64,000 nt of DNA from NCBI GenBank assembly GCA_934141245.1, contig CAKPCB010000007.1, positions 4,032 to 68,031 of the forward strand. Direction: 5' to 3'. The notes beneath the pieces were generated by a model. The model searched no databases. It was not told the origin of the DNA and worked only from the letters and a program-made list of their open reading frames with translations. Below, piece after piece: positions 49,246-59,036 of this stretch (positions are counted from its first letter, which is position 1; each line of letters starts with the position of its first letter). This DNA comes from an uncultured Bacilli bacterium (GTDB lineage: Bacteria > Bacillota_I > Bacilli_A > RF39 > UBA660). A program made the position numbers and the translations under genes.

Positions 49246-50508
49246 TTATTTTTTCTTAATTAACCTTTTAATTGCTCTTAAAATATTATAAAATTTATCA
49301 AATAAAGTTATTGGGAGAGTAAATTCTCCAATATATTCTATTACATTACCACCAAATCCTCGTTTAAACTCGTAAACTCCATAAAGAGGGTTATTCTCTT
49401 TTTTAAAATTACCTGAAATTCCGTAAAAGTTGCATGCTTTATACCCATTTTTATATGCATCTTTTATATGTGCATCATACATAGCATACTTTGGTGTAAA
49501 TTTTCTATATTTTTCTAAACTTCCAGAAGTTAAGGTTAAAAATTCATCACCATTCCACATCGATAACAAACATGCTACGTCCTTACCTTGTGGATATTTT
49601 TTACCAAATTCCTCTGCCTCTTCTACTTCTTTCTGTAATTTAATTAAACGTTGATCACTAGATTCCTTTTGACTTTTTAATTTTGCACCAACCATATCTT
49701 TTTGCATTTTATCTAGTATCTCTTTATTTTTAACTTTTTCTTCATTCAAATTTGCTTTAGCACATTCTAAATATTTCTTAGGATCCAAGTACGCAAAATA
49801 TATTGTCATAAGATTCTTCATATATTTATACATTTCTTTATAGTAATCTAATTTTCTATAAAAGAAATCTTTTCTAGTGGCAGTATCCTTAAATAAATCT
49901 TCCATAATAGAAAGATCGGCTTCTCCACCCTTTCTGACTAACAATCCATTTTTATAAGTTAATTCCAAATTCTTTCTAGTACTTTTTGAAAAATTTTGCT
50001 TTTTTATCTCATATGGTTCATCTAGCAGCATTCGATAAGCAAATCTAACTTGCCTTGCTTCTAGATATAGATTAAATCCAAAATGTTTGAAACCTAACTC
50101 ACATAAATTATTAAATGATTCATCATCTTTGTTTTCATCATCAATTATACTTCCATCTGAATTTCTTATTTGATAAATTAGATTTGGATCGATTGTAAGT
50201 TTAAATCCATTTCTTTCTTTTATGTATTTTTTTAAACTTTCAACAAAGAATTTTAAAAGCTTTTTATCATGATAATCAATTAAAAAACCACGTGGAGCAT
50301 AAAATATCTTTTTGCCAAATATTGACGGTTCTTCTTCTAAAAGTGTTGCACCTAATAACTCATTATTCTTTTTTACTCCGACATAATAAACTTTAATTCC
50401 ATTATTTAATCTTAAATCACCTAAATCAGTTGTCTGCATAAAATTAGCCATTGGATGATTCATAGAAAAACTACGAAATTCTTCTTTAGTTAGTGTAACA
50501 AACTTCAC
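49246..50508 (-). CDS. FemAB-family peptidoglycan aminoacyltransferase (paralog 3)
   Basis: It contains NFMQTTDLGDL, YAPRGFLIDY, a coiled-coil insert and GVYEFKRGFGG. The GTG start follows RBS GAGGT, 5 nt after the flippase gene stop. Confidence 0.85.
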   Translation of the reverse strand: MKFVTLTKEEFRSFSMNHPMANFMQTTDLGDLRLNNGIKVYYVGVKKNNELLGATLLEEEPSIFGKKIFYAPRGFLIDYHDKKLLKFFVESLKKYIKERNGFKLTIDPNLIYQIRNSDGSIIDDENKDDESFNNLCELGFKHFGFNLYLEARQVRFAYRMLLDEPYEIKKQNFSKSTRKNLELTYKNGLLVRKGGEADLSIMEDLFKDTATRKDFFYRKLDYYKEMYKYMKNLMTIYFAYLDPKKYLECAKANLNEEKVKNKEILDKMQKDMVGAKLKSQKESSDQRLIKLQKEVEEAEEFGKKYPQGKDVACLLSMWNGDEFLTLTSGSLEKYRKFTPKYAMYDAHIKDAYKNGYKACNFYGISGNFKKENNPLYGVYEFKRGFGGNVIEYIGEFTLPITLFDKFYNILRAIKRLIKKK

Positions 50509-50513
50509 TTAAC

Positions 50514-52193
50514 TCAACCTCTTTTCTTTGTATCTTTTTTCTTAGTAATATTTTTGTGTTTGTTTTTTTTATTTAGTAGTGATTTAACTTTTTCTTCTCC
50601 AAATATATTATTTATACTTTTAGTTTTATATAGTACAAATAAATATACTATGGCACCTATAATACTATAAAGTAATACCACACCTATTGATATCATTCTA
50701 GATGTTGTAGATGTTGGAACAACAAATTTTAATCCAATTAAAACAAGTAACATTACAATTGTAGCTATTAATATATTTAATATTTCTTTTGCTGTATCTT
50801 CAAAATTAAACTTATATTTTTTCTTTAACACGATTATAGCTATTATACTAGATGTAAGAAATCCTAATATAGTCGCTGTAATAGCTCCATAAAAAGCTGG
50901 AAGACCCATTTTATTAAAACTATGAATAAGTGGAACATTTAAAACAACTTTAACTATCATTCCTGATATAAGACTAAAAAATACAGTTTTATATTCTTTT
51001 AATAATTGAACTATCATAACTGTTGAGGTAAATATTGCAGTTGCAAGTGCAACAAAAACTAAATATTGATAAGTCAATGCACCATACTTACTTACACCAT
51101 AAAATATCATCCAAACTGGCTTAGCAAGAAAACTTAATCCCACTGTCATTGGAACAGTAAAGAATAATATTATTTGATATGTTTTATTTATTTTTTCCGA
51201 TACGCCTTTCATATCGTTTTGAACAAAACTTGCTGTTAAATTTGGTATTAAACTTGTCATAATTCCTGAAACAATAGAGATTATTATCATATTTATTTTT
51301 AATCCCCAAGTAGAGATTACACTCATAACACTCTCTGCATCTTTTGCTGCATATCCAATATCATTTACTAGTGCTTTTACCAGTGTAAGAACATCAACTG
51401 AGTTGTATAATGATCTAAATAAATCAATCATTATAAATGGAATTGAATACATAATAATTTTTTTCATAATTTCTTTATTTGTTATTTTAGGTTCTTTTAG
51501 TTTTTTATCATACTTTACAAATTCTTTTTTATTCTTTTTTTGTTTCCACAATAAATATCCATATGAAACCATGCCACCAACAGTCGCTGCAAAAACCGCA
51601 ACACCTACAGTTGCCTTCAACGACATATGAAGTACACGATACATTAAGAAACTACCTATAACAATTATTAAAACCCTAGTTAATTGTTCTAATATTTGAC
51701 TAATTGATGTTGGTGTTATAAACCTATGTCCTTGAAAATATCCTCTTGTTACACTTAACGATGGAATTATTAGTATTGCAGTTGAAATTACTCTTATGAC
51801 AAATGCAATATCTCCTCTTGTATTACCTCCCTCTACATTTCCAATTATCATATGTCCTATTTGATCTGCAAATATAAATAAAATCAAGAAACACAAAAAC
51901 CCAATTATAAATAAAAAAGTCTTACCAATCTTAAAGGCTCTTTCCTTAGCATTAAAATATCCCAAAGTATAGTATTCACTTATTATTTTACTCATCGCAA
52001 GTGGAATGCCGGCTTGTGACACACTTAAAAATATAGAATAAATATTATATGCATATCCATATAATGCACCACCTTGTTCTCCAATTACTGAATGAAATGG
52101 TATAACATACAAAATACCCATTATTTTACATAAAACTATTCCAAATGTTGCAATAAATGCGCCTTGCATAAATGAATTTTTTTTCATTTTCAT
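50514..52193 (-). CDS. MOP-superfamily flippase (MurJ/YtgP/SpoVB-like, putative lipid II flippase)
   Basis: The 559-aa protein has about 14 predicted TM helices and the N-terminal pattern SFMQGAFIATFGIVLCKIMGILYVIPF. It is co-oriented and contiguous with fem paralog 3. Confidence 0.8.
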   Translation of the reverse strand: MKMKKNSFMQGAFIATFGIVLCKIMGILYVIPFHSVIGEQGGALYGYAYNIYSIFLSVSQAGIPLAMSKIISEYYTLGYFNAKERAFKIGKTFLFIIGFLCFLILFIFADQIGHMIIGNVEGGNTRGDIAFVIRVISTAILIIPSLSVTRGYFQGHRFITPTSISQILEQLTRVLIIVIGSFLMYRVLHMSLKATVGVAVFAATVGGMVSYGYLLWKQKKNKKEFVKYDKKLKEPKITNKEIMKKIIMYSIPFIMIDLFRSLYNSVDVLTLVKALVNDIGYAAKDAESVMSVISTWGLKINMIIISIVSGIMTSLIPNLTASFVQNDMKGVSEKINKTYQIILFFTVPMTVGLSFLAKPVWMIFYGVSKYGALTYQYLVFVALATAIFTSTVMIVQLLKEYKTVFFSLISGMIVKVVLNVPLIHSFNKMGLPAFYGAITATILGFLTSSIIAIIVLKKKYKFNFEDTAKEILNILIATIVMLLVLIGLKFVVPTSTTSRMISIGVVLLYSIIGAIVYLFVLYKTKSINNIFGEEKVKSLLNKKNKHKNITKKKDTKKRG

Positions 52194-52252
52194 ATAATCA
52201 CATCTTTCTATAGATAATTATATCATAATTTTATAGTATTTGCTTTTTATTT

Positions 52253-52432
52253 TTATTCTGCATTATAAATAATCATTGCTGAAAAACAATAAATCTGTTC
52301 ATCCCCAAACATCGAAATAGAGACTTGATACTTTATGTCAACTATATCCTCGTAATCTAATTCATCTAAAAAATCGTTTACACTTTTTTCTAAGTCCTTT
52401 TCATGCATTTCATCAAAAACTTTTACCTTCAT
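52253..52432 (-). CDS. cse60: Cse60-like small sporulation protein (59 aa, below the ORF-track cutoff)
   Basis: My own translation is MKVKVFDEMHEKDLEKSVNDFLDELDYEDIVDIKYQVSISMFGDEQIYCFSAMIIYNAE. RBS AGGTGA lies upstream. The pattern V(K/R)(V/L)FDE.HE.DLE..(V/I)N.FL...IKYQVS...(Y/F)SA(M/L)I(I/L)Y fits the Cse60 family. Confidence 0.6.
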   Translation of the reverse strand: MKVKVFDEMHEKDLEKSVNDFLDELDYEDIVDIKYQVSISMFGDEQIYCFSAMIIYNAE

Positions 52433-52462
52433 TTATATCACCTAATCAATTGTCACATATAT

Positions 52463-52495
52463 AAAAAAAAGAAAATGTCGAATTTAACATTTTCT
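52463..52495 (-). terminator. Intrinsic terminator after leuS
   Basis: Minus strand: the AGAAAATGT-TAAATTCG-ACATTTTCT hairpin is followed by TTTTTTTT. Confidence 0.7.
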
Positions 52496-52528
52496 AAACT
52501 ACATTATCTAATTTAATTACAAAAAGTG

Positions 52529-54943
52529 TTATTTGACTACTATATTTACAATTTTACCCTTAATTATAATTAACTTTACAATTTCTTTACCGTCAATATG
52601 TCTCTTAACATTTTCTTCTTTTAATGCTTTTTCTTTTATTACTGATTCATCATCATTAACAGAAATACTTATAGTAGCACGAACTTTGCCATTTACTTGT
52701 ACAGCAATCTCTATCAAATCTTCTACAAGCATAGACTCATCGTATGTTGGCCAACTTTCAAAACTAATTGTATTATTATGTCCCAACTTCATCCACATTT
52801 CTTCTCCAACATGAGGTGTTATAGGATAAATTAACTTTACAAATCCTTCCGCATATTTTTTAGGTATAATATCATTTTTATAGCATTCATTTATAAAAAT
52901 CATAAGTTGACTAATTGCAGTATTGAATCCCAATGATTCAAAGTCAGTTGTAACTTTTTTTACCGTTTGATTATATATCTTATCTAAATTTGAATTTTCT
53001 AAATCTTTAACTTTACCTGATTCAACAATTAATCTATAAACACGATCAATGAATTTTTGAGCACCTTCAACTCCTTGTTGACTCCAAGGCTTAGAAGCTT
53101 CAAGCGGCCCCATAAACATTTCATATAATCTTAAAGTATCAGCACCATATTCGTTAACAATCTTACTTGGATCAACAACGTATTCTGGAAATCTTTTACC
53201 CATTTTTATTCCGTTAGAACCAAGAATCATTCCTTGATGAACTAGCTTTTTAAATGGTTCTTTTACTGGTGACAAGCCCTTTTCATATAAATAATTATTC
53301 CAAATTCTTGAATATATTAAATGACCCACAGCATGCTCTGGACCTCCAACATATAAATCAACTGGCATCCAATGTTTTAATAACTCATAATTTGCAAATT
53401 CTTCATCATTATTAGGATCAATATATCTTAAATAATACCAAGAGCTTCCAGCACTACCAGGCATAGTACTTGTTTCTCTTTCTCCAACTATTCCGTTCTT
53501 ATCATATTTTTTCCATGCTATTGCATTCTCAAGTGGTGCCTTTCCATTATGTCCTTGGTAATCATCTAATTCTGGTAATGTAAGTGGCAACTCGCTATCA
53601 GGTAAAGCATATTCTCCACCATCGTTTAAATGCACTATTGGTACTGGCTCTCCCCAATATCTTTGACGTGCAAAAATCCACTCACGTATCTTATAGTTTA
53701 CCTTTTCTCTTGCAACACCCATATCTATCAATTTTTTAGTAATAGCTATTTTTGCTTCTTCTACAGTTAGTCCATTAAATTCGTCTGAATTAATAAGCTT
53801 GCAACCTTTTCCAAGATAATCATATTTTTCAAATGCCTTATCAGTTACATCTGCGCCATCTATTACTTGTATCATATCTAAGCCATGTACTTGAGCATAT
53901 TCAAAATCACGTTGATCATGAGTAGGAACAGCCATAACAGCACCAGTTCCATAACTAGCAAGTACGAAGTCTCCGATGAACACAGGTACTTCTCTACCAT
54001 TAACAGGATTAATAGCGTATATTCCTTCCAACCTACATCCAGTTTTGCCTTTATTTAGTTCTGTTCTATCTAATTCTGATTTTTTAGTTGTTTCAGCTAT
54101 GTAAGCTTCAACTTCTTCTCTGTTTTTTACTCTTCCAAGTAAAGTTTTTACTAAATCACCATCTGGTGCTATAACCATAAAAGTTATTCCATATATAGTT
54201 TCAATACAAGTTGTATAAATTGAGAATTCTCCACCACCAACTAATTTAAAATCGACTTCTACACCTGTAGATTTACCAATCCAGTTTCTTTGAATTTCTT
54301 TAGTAGACTCGGGCCAATCTATATCGTTTAGTCCATTAAGTAGACGTTCCGCAAATGCCGGCTGATCTATTACCCATTGTTTCATATTCTTTCGAATTAC
54401 TGGATATCCTCCTCTTTCACTACGACCATCAATTACTTCATCATTTGATAAAACAGTTCCTAATTCCTCGCACCAATTAACTGGCATATCAATATATTTT
54501 GCATATCCATCCTCATATAGCTTTTTAAATATCCATTGTGTCCATTTATAAAATTTTGGATCACTGGTTGAAACCTCTTTTGACCAATCATAATCAAATC
54601 CAAGCTCTTTTAACTGTTTAGTAAAATACTCAATATTTTTTTGTGTAAAACCATTAGGGTGCTTTCCGGTTTGAACTGCATATTGTTCAGCAGGAAGTCC
54701 AAAGGAATCAAATCCCATGGGATGAAGCACATTATATCCTTGCATCCTTTTCATTCTTGAAACAATATCTGTTGCAGTATACCCTTCCGGATGACCAGCA
54801 TGTAATCCTACACCAGATGGATATGGAAACATATCAAGTACATAATACTTTGGTTTCGAAAAATCCCATACATCTGTTTTAAATGTTTCATGCTCGTCCC
54901 AATACTTTTGCCACTTTTTTTCTATTTCTTTAAAATTATACAT
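52529..54943 (-). CDS. leuS: Leucine--tRNA ligase
   Basis: The 804-aa protein begins MYNFKEIEKKWQKYWDEH. It has PYPSGVGLHAGHPEGY (HIGH-type motif) and a CP1 editing domain. Confidence 0.97.
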   Translation of the reverse strand: MYNFKEIEKKWQKYWDEHETFKTDVWDFSKPKYYVLDMFPYPSGVGLHAGHPEGYTATDIVSRMKRMQGYNVLHPMGFDSFGLPAEQYAVQTGKHPNGFTQKNIEYFTKQLKELGFDYDWSKEVSTSDPKFYKWTQWIFKKLYEDGYAKYIDMPVNWCEELGTVLSNDEVIDGRSERGGYPVIRKNMKQWVIDQPAFAERLLNGLNDIDWPESTKEIQRNWIGKSTGVEVDFKLVGGGEFSIYTTCIETIYGITFMVIAPDGDLVKTLLGRVKNREEVEAYIAETTKKSELDRTELNKGKTGCRLEGIYAINPVNGREVPVFIGDFVLASYGTGAVMAVPTHDQRDFEYAQVHGLDMIQVIDGADVTDKAFEKYDYLGKGCKLINSDEFNGLTVEEAKIAITKKLIDMGVAREKVNYKIREWIFARQRYWGEPVPIVHLNDGGEYALPDSELPLTLPELDDYQGHNGKAPLENAIAWKKYDKNGIVGERETSTMPGSAGSSWYYLRYIDPNNDEEFANYELLKHWMPVDLYVGGPEHAVGHLIYSRIWNNYLYEKGLSPVKEPFKKLVHQGMILGSNGIKMGKRFPEYVVDPSKIVNEYGADTLRLYEMFMGPLEASKPWSQQGVEGAQKFIDRVYRLIVESGKVKDLENSNLDKIYNQTVKKVTTDFESLGFNTAISQLMIFINECYKNDIIPKKYAEGFVKLIYPITPHVGEEMWMKLGHNNTISFESWPTYDESMLVEDLIEIAVQVNGKVRATISISVNDDESVIKEKALKEENVKRHIDGKEIVKLIIIKGKIVNIVVK

Positions 54944-55322
54944 TTTTTATCAATCCTTTCTTTCTAAAAAATTTTGCTAATATTTTAAAACTAATTAAAA
55001 CAACAATAATAATTAATACAAATCCGAGCAATAATTGCAACCAAAATTCTTTAAATCCCAAAACAATTGCAACAACTATTCCAATATCAACAGCAATTAC
55101 AAGTCCCATAAGCTGTAGAAAGTACCTATAATTCACTTTAGTTAAATCTATATTATATTTTGCCACAAAGTATTCAACTTCAGATGGCATCTTTTTTTTA
55201 GGCTCTTTACCCTTTTTATTTTTACCATGTACTTTTATTTCTCCCTTTTTATCAAAATTAAATGAAATCCAGAAAAAATACATTAAATAAATGAATAGTA
55301 TAATTAATATCATTTCTATCAA
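54936..55322 (-). CDS. Small polytopic membrane protein co-transcribed with and overlapping leuS
   Basis: RBS GGAGGTG (55329-55335) sits 6 nt upstream of an in-frame TTG at 55322; an alternative ATG lies at 55313. It has hydrophobic N- and C-terminal helices with a Lys-rich loop. Its stop overlaps the leuS ATG by 8 nt. Confidence 0.6.
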   Translation of the reverse strand: MIEMILIILFIYLMYFFWISFNFDKKGEIKVHGKNKKGKEPKKKMPSEVEYFVAKYNIDLTKVNYRYFLQLMGLVIAVDIGIVVAIVLGFKEFWLQLLLGFVLIIIVVLISFKILAKFFRKKGLIKNV

Positions 55323-55344
55323 AATAAACACCTCCAATATAAAA

Positions 55345-55530
55345 AACACGGAAAGTCACCCATAAGGACGCATTACCGTGTTACCACCTTAATTCATAGA
55401 ATAAACCATGCACTCTTTTCTCTTAACGTGAGATATCCGTTTTATCATAAAAAGGACAAGTTCATAATCATATATTAATCATTTTCACCAACCATGATTT
55501 CTCTAAAAATATATAAATTAATACTACTTC
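55345..55530 (-). promoter_or_regulatory. T-box riboswitch leader (probable Leu specifier CUU)
   Basis: On the minus strand the T-box sequence AATTAAGGTGGTAACACGG lies at about 55375-55393. The terminator ends in GTGTTTTTTAT. The specifier-like context is GAACUUG. The operon downstream contains leuS. Confidence 0.8.
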
Positions 55531-55562
55531 CTAAAATAAATCAGCAACTTGTATATAGTATA

Positions 55563-57965
55563 TTAAATTTGTTCAATATATTCAAGCAATTTTAAAAATA
55601 ATTTTATAAAAGATTGATCAAGCTTTTGCTTTTTCAATTTTCTAATGGCAATCCTTTTTTTATCGATAGAATCGTTACCAAATAATATAGTGTCTATTTT
55701 AAACTTTAATTCTGTATCAATTTGTAAATCCATTAAAATACTGCTTATATCTTCATTAATTAGTCTTACAGCATCAATTTCTATATCCTTACCCTTACAA
55801 TTTATCGTAAGTTGTCCTACTGTTGATACATTATTAACAATAACAACAAAGTCATTACCTTCAACATATGAAGAGTTTTCAATTTCTGTACCATTATTAA
55901 AATAAGTTACTACCTCATCTGCTTTTTTAGTGTTCCTAAAACGTATTTTATAGTTTCTAAAATCTGGTACTATTCCTTTTTTACCATCAACAGATCTAAT
56001 TATTAATGTATAGTTATTTGGCATATAGTTATAATCTATTAATGTTTTTAAATAATACCCTTCTTTATATAAAGAACTAATACCATCATCCTCATATAAC
56101 TCAAATGAATTACTCTTACCTGGGAAAACTTCTATTTCAAGTTCTGTAGGATTGGATGTATTATTTATATTACTTTTGTTTGATAAAGGTATAATAGAAC
56201 CTTGTTTTGCAAAGACTGGATATGATTCTTCCTTAAAAAATGATACATACTTTGTATTCCCTGGAAATTTTTTCCCAGTTGTATAATCATACCAAATTCC
56301 CTCTGGTAAAAAGAATTTGTGTATTGTCCTATTCATCAAAGGTTCTTTTTTACTAATTATTGGTGCTACTAAAAGTTCACTACCAAAAAAATATTCATTT
56401 CTATACAAAATATCATCATAAAGTTTTGGTATTAAATAATATAATGGTTGAAATACAATTTTTCCATTTAAATAGTATTTATATGCCTCAGAATATAAAT
56501 ATGAAATGAGTCTATGCCTAAACCTTAAATAATCACTAACAATACTTTTAGTTTTATAATTCCATTTCCATGGTTCCTTTTTATAGTATTTTCCTGCCTT
56601 TGAATGGAATCTTAATACAGGACTAAAAACACCCAACTGAACAGATCTAATATATAGATCATCTTCTTCAACTCCACCGCTATAACCACAAATATCATGA
56701 CTCCACCATGTTACTCCTATATTTGCAGATGAAATATTAAAAAATGGTAACTTTTTAAAATTTTCCCAACTTACCTTGGTTTTTCCAGAATATAAAACAG
56801 AGTATTTATGAGATGCTACCAATGGATTCCTAGACATTAACATACCCCTCTTTGATATGTTTTTTGATAAATCCAAATAAAAATAATGATTCATTATCCA
56901 AAGACTTTTAAGGTCTGACAAATTTGAATAATCATTCCAAAAAAAGTCAACACCATAACTTTCTAATTTAGCTATAAAAAGCTTAAAATACACGTCAATA
57001 AATCTAGGATTTAATGGTGCAAATTTAATTTTTCCATCTTTATCAGGTTGTATATATTTTATTGCTTCATTATACATTTCTTCGTTTTTAGTTATATCTA
57101 ATTCTGGGTTGATATTAACACCAACTCTAATACCTTTTTGATGCAAATTATTAATAAACTCTCCAGGATTACTAAATAATTGTTTATTAAAAGTATAATT
57201 TAATAATTTATTATTTTCATCCATGCCTCGCCATTTATCATCAAGAAGCATAACAGAAATCGGAACATTACACTCATTAAAGTTTTCAACAAGCTGATAT
57301 ATATCATTATCAGAATAGCACTCTGACTTACACCACCAATTACCTAAAGCATATCTGGGTATTAATGATGGATTACCAGTCAGTTTAAAGTAATCCTGCA
57401 ATGCATATCCAAAGTCTTTATTGTATGCAAATAAATATATATCTATATATCTATTAGTATTTTCAATTATTGTTCCGTTTTCATCAAAAATTAAAGAATT
57501 ACTATCATCAAAGCTAACAAATCCCTCAAGTGAATATAATCCTCTATTTTGTGATGATTCATTTTTTGCTTCTACACTTATATTCGATCCAAAATAATTT
57601 CTCACCTCAGGATGCCCATAATACCATATGTTATCCGAATCATTTATTTTTACGCTCAAATTTTTTGTAGGGTTGATAGAATTACCTTTGAATGGCATTT
57701 CTTTTTGATAATTCAATGTAAAATACTTTGTTGTAATTTCTAAAAATGCATCATCTTCCCTAATATTAAACTTTGGAACATCAAACAACCTATTTTCAAC
57801 TAATTCAGTTTTATAATCATTAAATGTACCATTAATGCTATATTCCAACCTAATAAGGCGCTCTGTAAGTATAGTAAACCTATATTTATTGCCTTGTATA
57901 ATGCTGCTTTCGTTTGCCTTTAATTTAGACACTTCATAGTGAAACTGTTTACCTAAATCATACAT
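55563..57965 (-). CDS. Glycoside hydrolase family 31 (alpha-glucosidase/alpha-xylosidase type)
   Basis: The 800-aa protein contains the GVDFFWNDYS catalytic-region pattern and typical GH31 blocks (PRYALGNWW, VMLLDDKW). Confidence 0.85.
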   Translation of the reverse strand: MYDLGKQFHYEVSKLKANESSIIQGNKYRFTILTERLIRLEYSINGTFNDYKTELVENRLFDVPKFNIREDDAFLEITTKYFTLNYQKEMPFKGNSINPTKNLSVKINDSDNIWYYGHPEVRNYFGSNISVEAKNESSQNRGLYSLEGFVSFDDSNSLIFDENGTIIENTNRYIDIYLFAYNKDFGYALQDYFKLTGNPSLIPRYALGNWWCKSECYSDNDIYQLVENFNECNVPISVMLLDDKWRGMDENNKLLNYTFNKQLFSNPGEFINNLHQKGIRVGVNINPELDITKNEEMYNEAIKYIQPDKDGKIKFAPLNPRFIDVYFKLFIAKLESYGVDFFWNDYSNLSDLKSLWIMNHYFYLDLSKNISKRGMLMSRNPLVASHKYSVLYSGKTKVSWENFKKLPFFNISSANIGVTWWSHDICGYSGGVEEDDLYIRSVQLGVFSPVLRFHSKAGKYYKKEPWKWNYKTKSIVSDYLRFRHRLISYLYSEAYKYYLNGKIVFQPLYYLIPKLYDDILYRNEYFFGSELLVAPIISKKEPLMNRTIHKFFLPEGIWYDYTTGKKFPGNTKYVSFFKEESYPVFAKQGSIIPLSNKSNINNTSNPTELEIEVFPGKSNSFELYEDDGISSLYKEGYYLKTLIDYNYMPNNYTLIIRSVDGKKGIVPDFRNYKIRFRNTKKADEVVTYFNNGTEIENSSYVEGNDFVVIVNNVSTVGQLTINCKGKDIEIDAVRLINEDISSILMDLQIDTELKFKIDTILFGNDSIDKKRIAIRKLKKQKLDQSFIKLFLKLLEYIEQI

Positions 57966-58071
57966 ACTAGCCCTCCTATTCTAGTAACAAGTATATCATA
58001 ATAAGATAAATATTGCATTAAATTTGTTAAATATATTATAATAATATCTATACCTATGTGGTGGTGATGTA

Positions 58072-59016
58072 ATGAATAAATTTATATACTCAAACTCAAA
58101 CAAAAGATATCACACTCTTGATTACTTTTATAAAAATAAATTTGGATGTAAAGTATTTAAAGTAAGTTTAAATGCAGGATTCAGTTGTCCAAACAAAGAC
58201 GGAACCGTTGGATATGGAGGTTGTATTTACTGCTCAAAACTTGGAAGTGGAGATTTTGGTGGAGATATTAAAAAAAGTATTGAAGAACAATTTATAGAAA
58301 TAAGAGATATGATGCTAAAAAAATGGCCTAATGCTAAATATATTGCTTATTTCCAGGCTAATACAAATACATATGCTCCTTTGGCAGTTTTAAAGGAAAA
58401 ATATGAAAGTGTTTTAAAATTTGATAATGTTATTGGACTTTCAATCGCAACTAGACCTGATGCAATAAGTTCTGAATGTATGGATTATTTAGAAGAATTA
58501 TCAAAAAAAACTTATTTAACTGTTGAGCTTGGTCTTCAAACAATACATGAAAAAACATCACAATTGATTAATAGATGTCATACTTTAAAATGCTTTGAAG
58601 AATGTGTATGTTCACTTAGAAAAAGGAAAATAAATGTAGTTGTTCATATAATAAATGGATTACCATATGAGACAAAAGAAATGATGATAGATACAGTAAA
58701 ATATTTAAACACTTTAGACATTCAAGGTGTAAAAATACATATGTTACATGTTATACAAAACACTGCATTGGAAAAATTGTTTAAGAAAGAAAATTTTCAT
58801 ATTTTGACAAGAGATGAATATGTTAATATTGTTTGTGATCAATTAGAACTATTAAGAAGTGATATTGTAATAAACAGAATTACAGGTGATCCTGACCCTA
58901 ATGAGTTAATTGAACCTACTTGGCTTGTTAAAAAATTCTGTGTACTAAATGAAATTGATAAAGAAATGGCAAGAAGAGATTCATATCAAGGCATAAAAAT
59001 AGACAACCAAAAGTAA
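58072..59016 (+). CDS. TIGR01212-family radical SAM protein (YtqA-like)
   Basis: It contains CPNKDGTVGYGGCIYC and the TIGR01212-type layout (VELGLQTIHEKT). Confidence 0.85.
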   Translation: MNKFIYSNSNKRYHTLDYFYKNKFGCKVFKVSLNAGFSCPNKDGTVGYGGCIYCSKLGSGDFGGDIKKSIEEQFIEIRDMMLKKWPNAKYIAYFQANTNTYAPLAVLKEKYESVLKFDNVIGLSIATRPDAISSECMDYLEELSKKTYLTVELGLQTIHEKTSQLINRCHTLKCFEECVCSLRKRKINVVVHIINGLPYETKEMMIDTVKYLNTLDIQGVKIHMLHVIQNTALEKLFKKENFHILTRDEYVNIVCDQLELLRSDIVINRITGDPDPNELIEPTWLVKKFCVLNEIDKEMARRDSYQGIKIDNQK

Positions 59017-59028
59017 GTTGTCTATTTT
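58996..59028. terminator. Bidirectional terminator between the radical SAM gene and the yfhO-like gene
   Basis: AAAATAGACAAC-CAAAAGTAA-GTTGTCTATTTT. The stop codon of the plus-strand gene lies in the loop. Confidence 0.6.
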
Positions 59029-59036
59029 TCATACAT

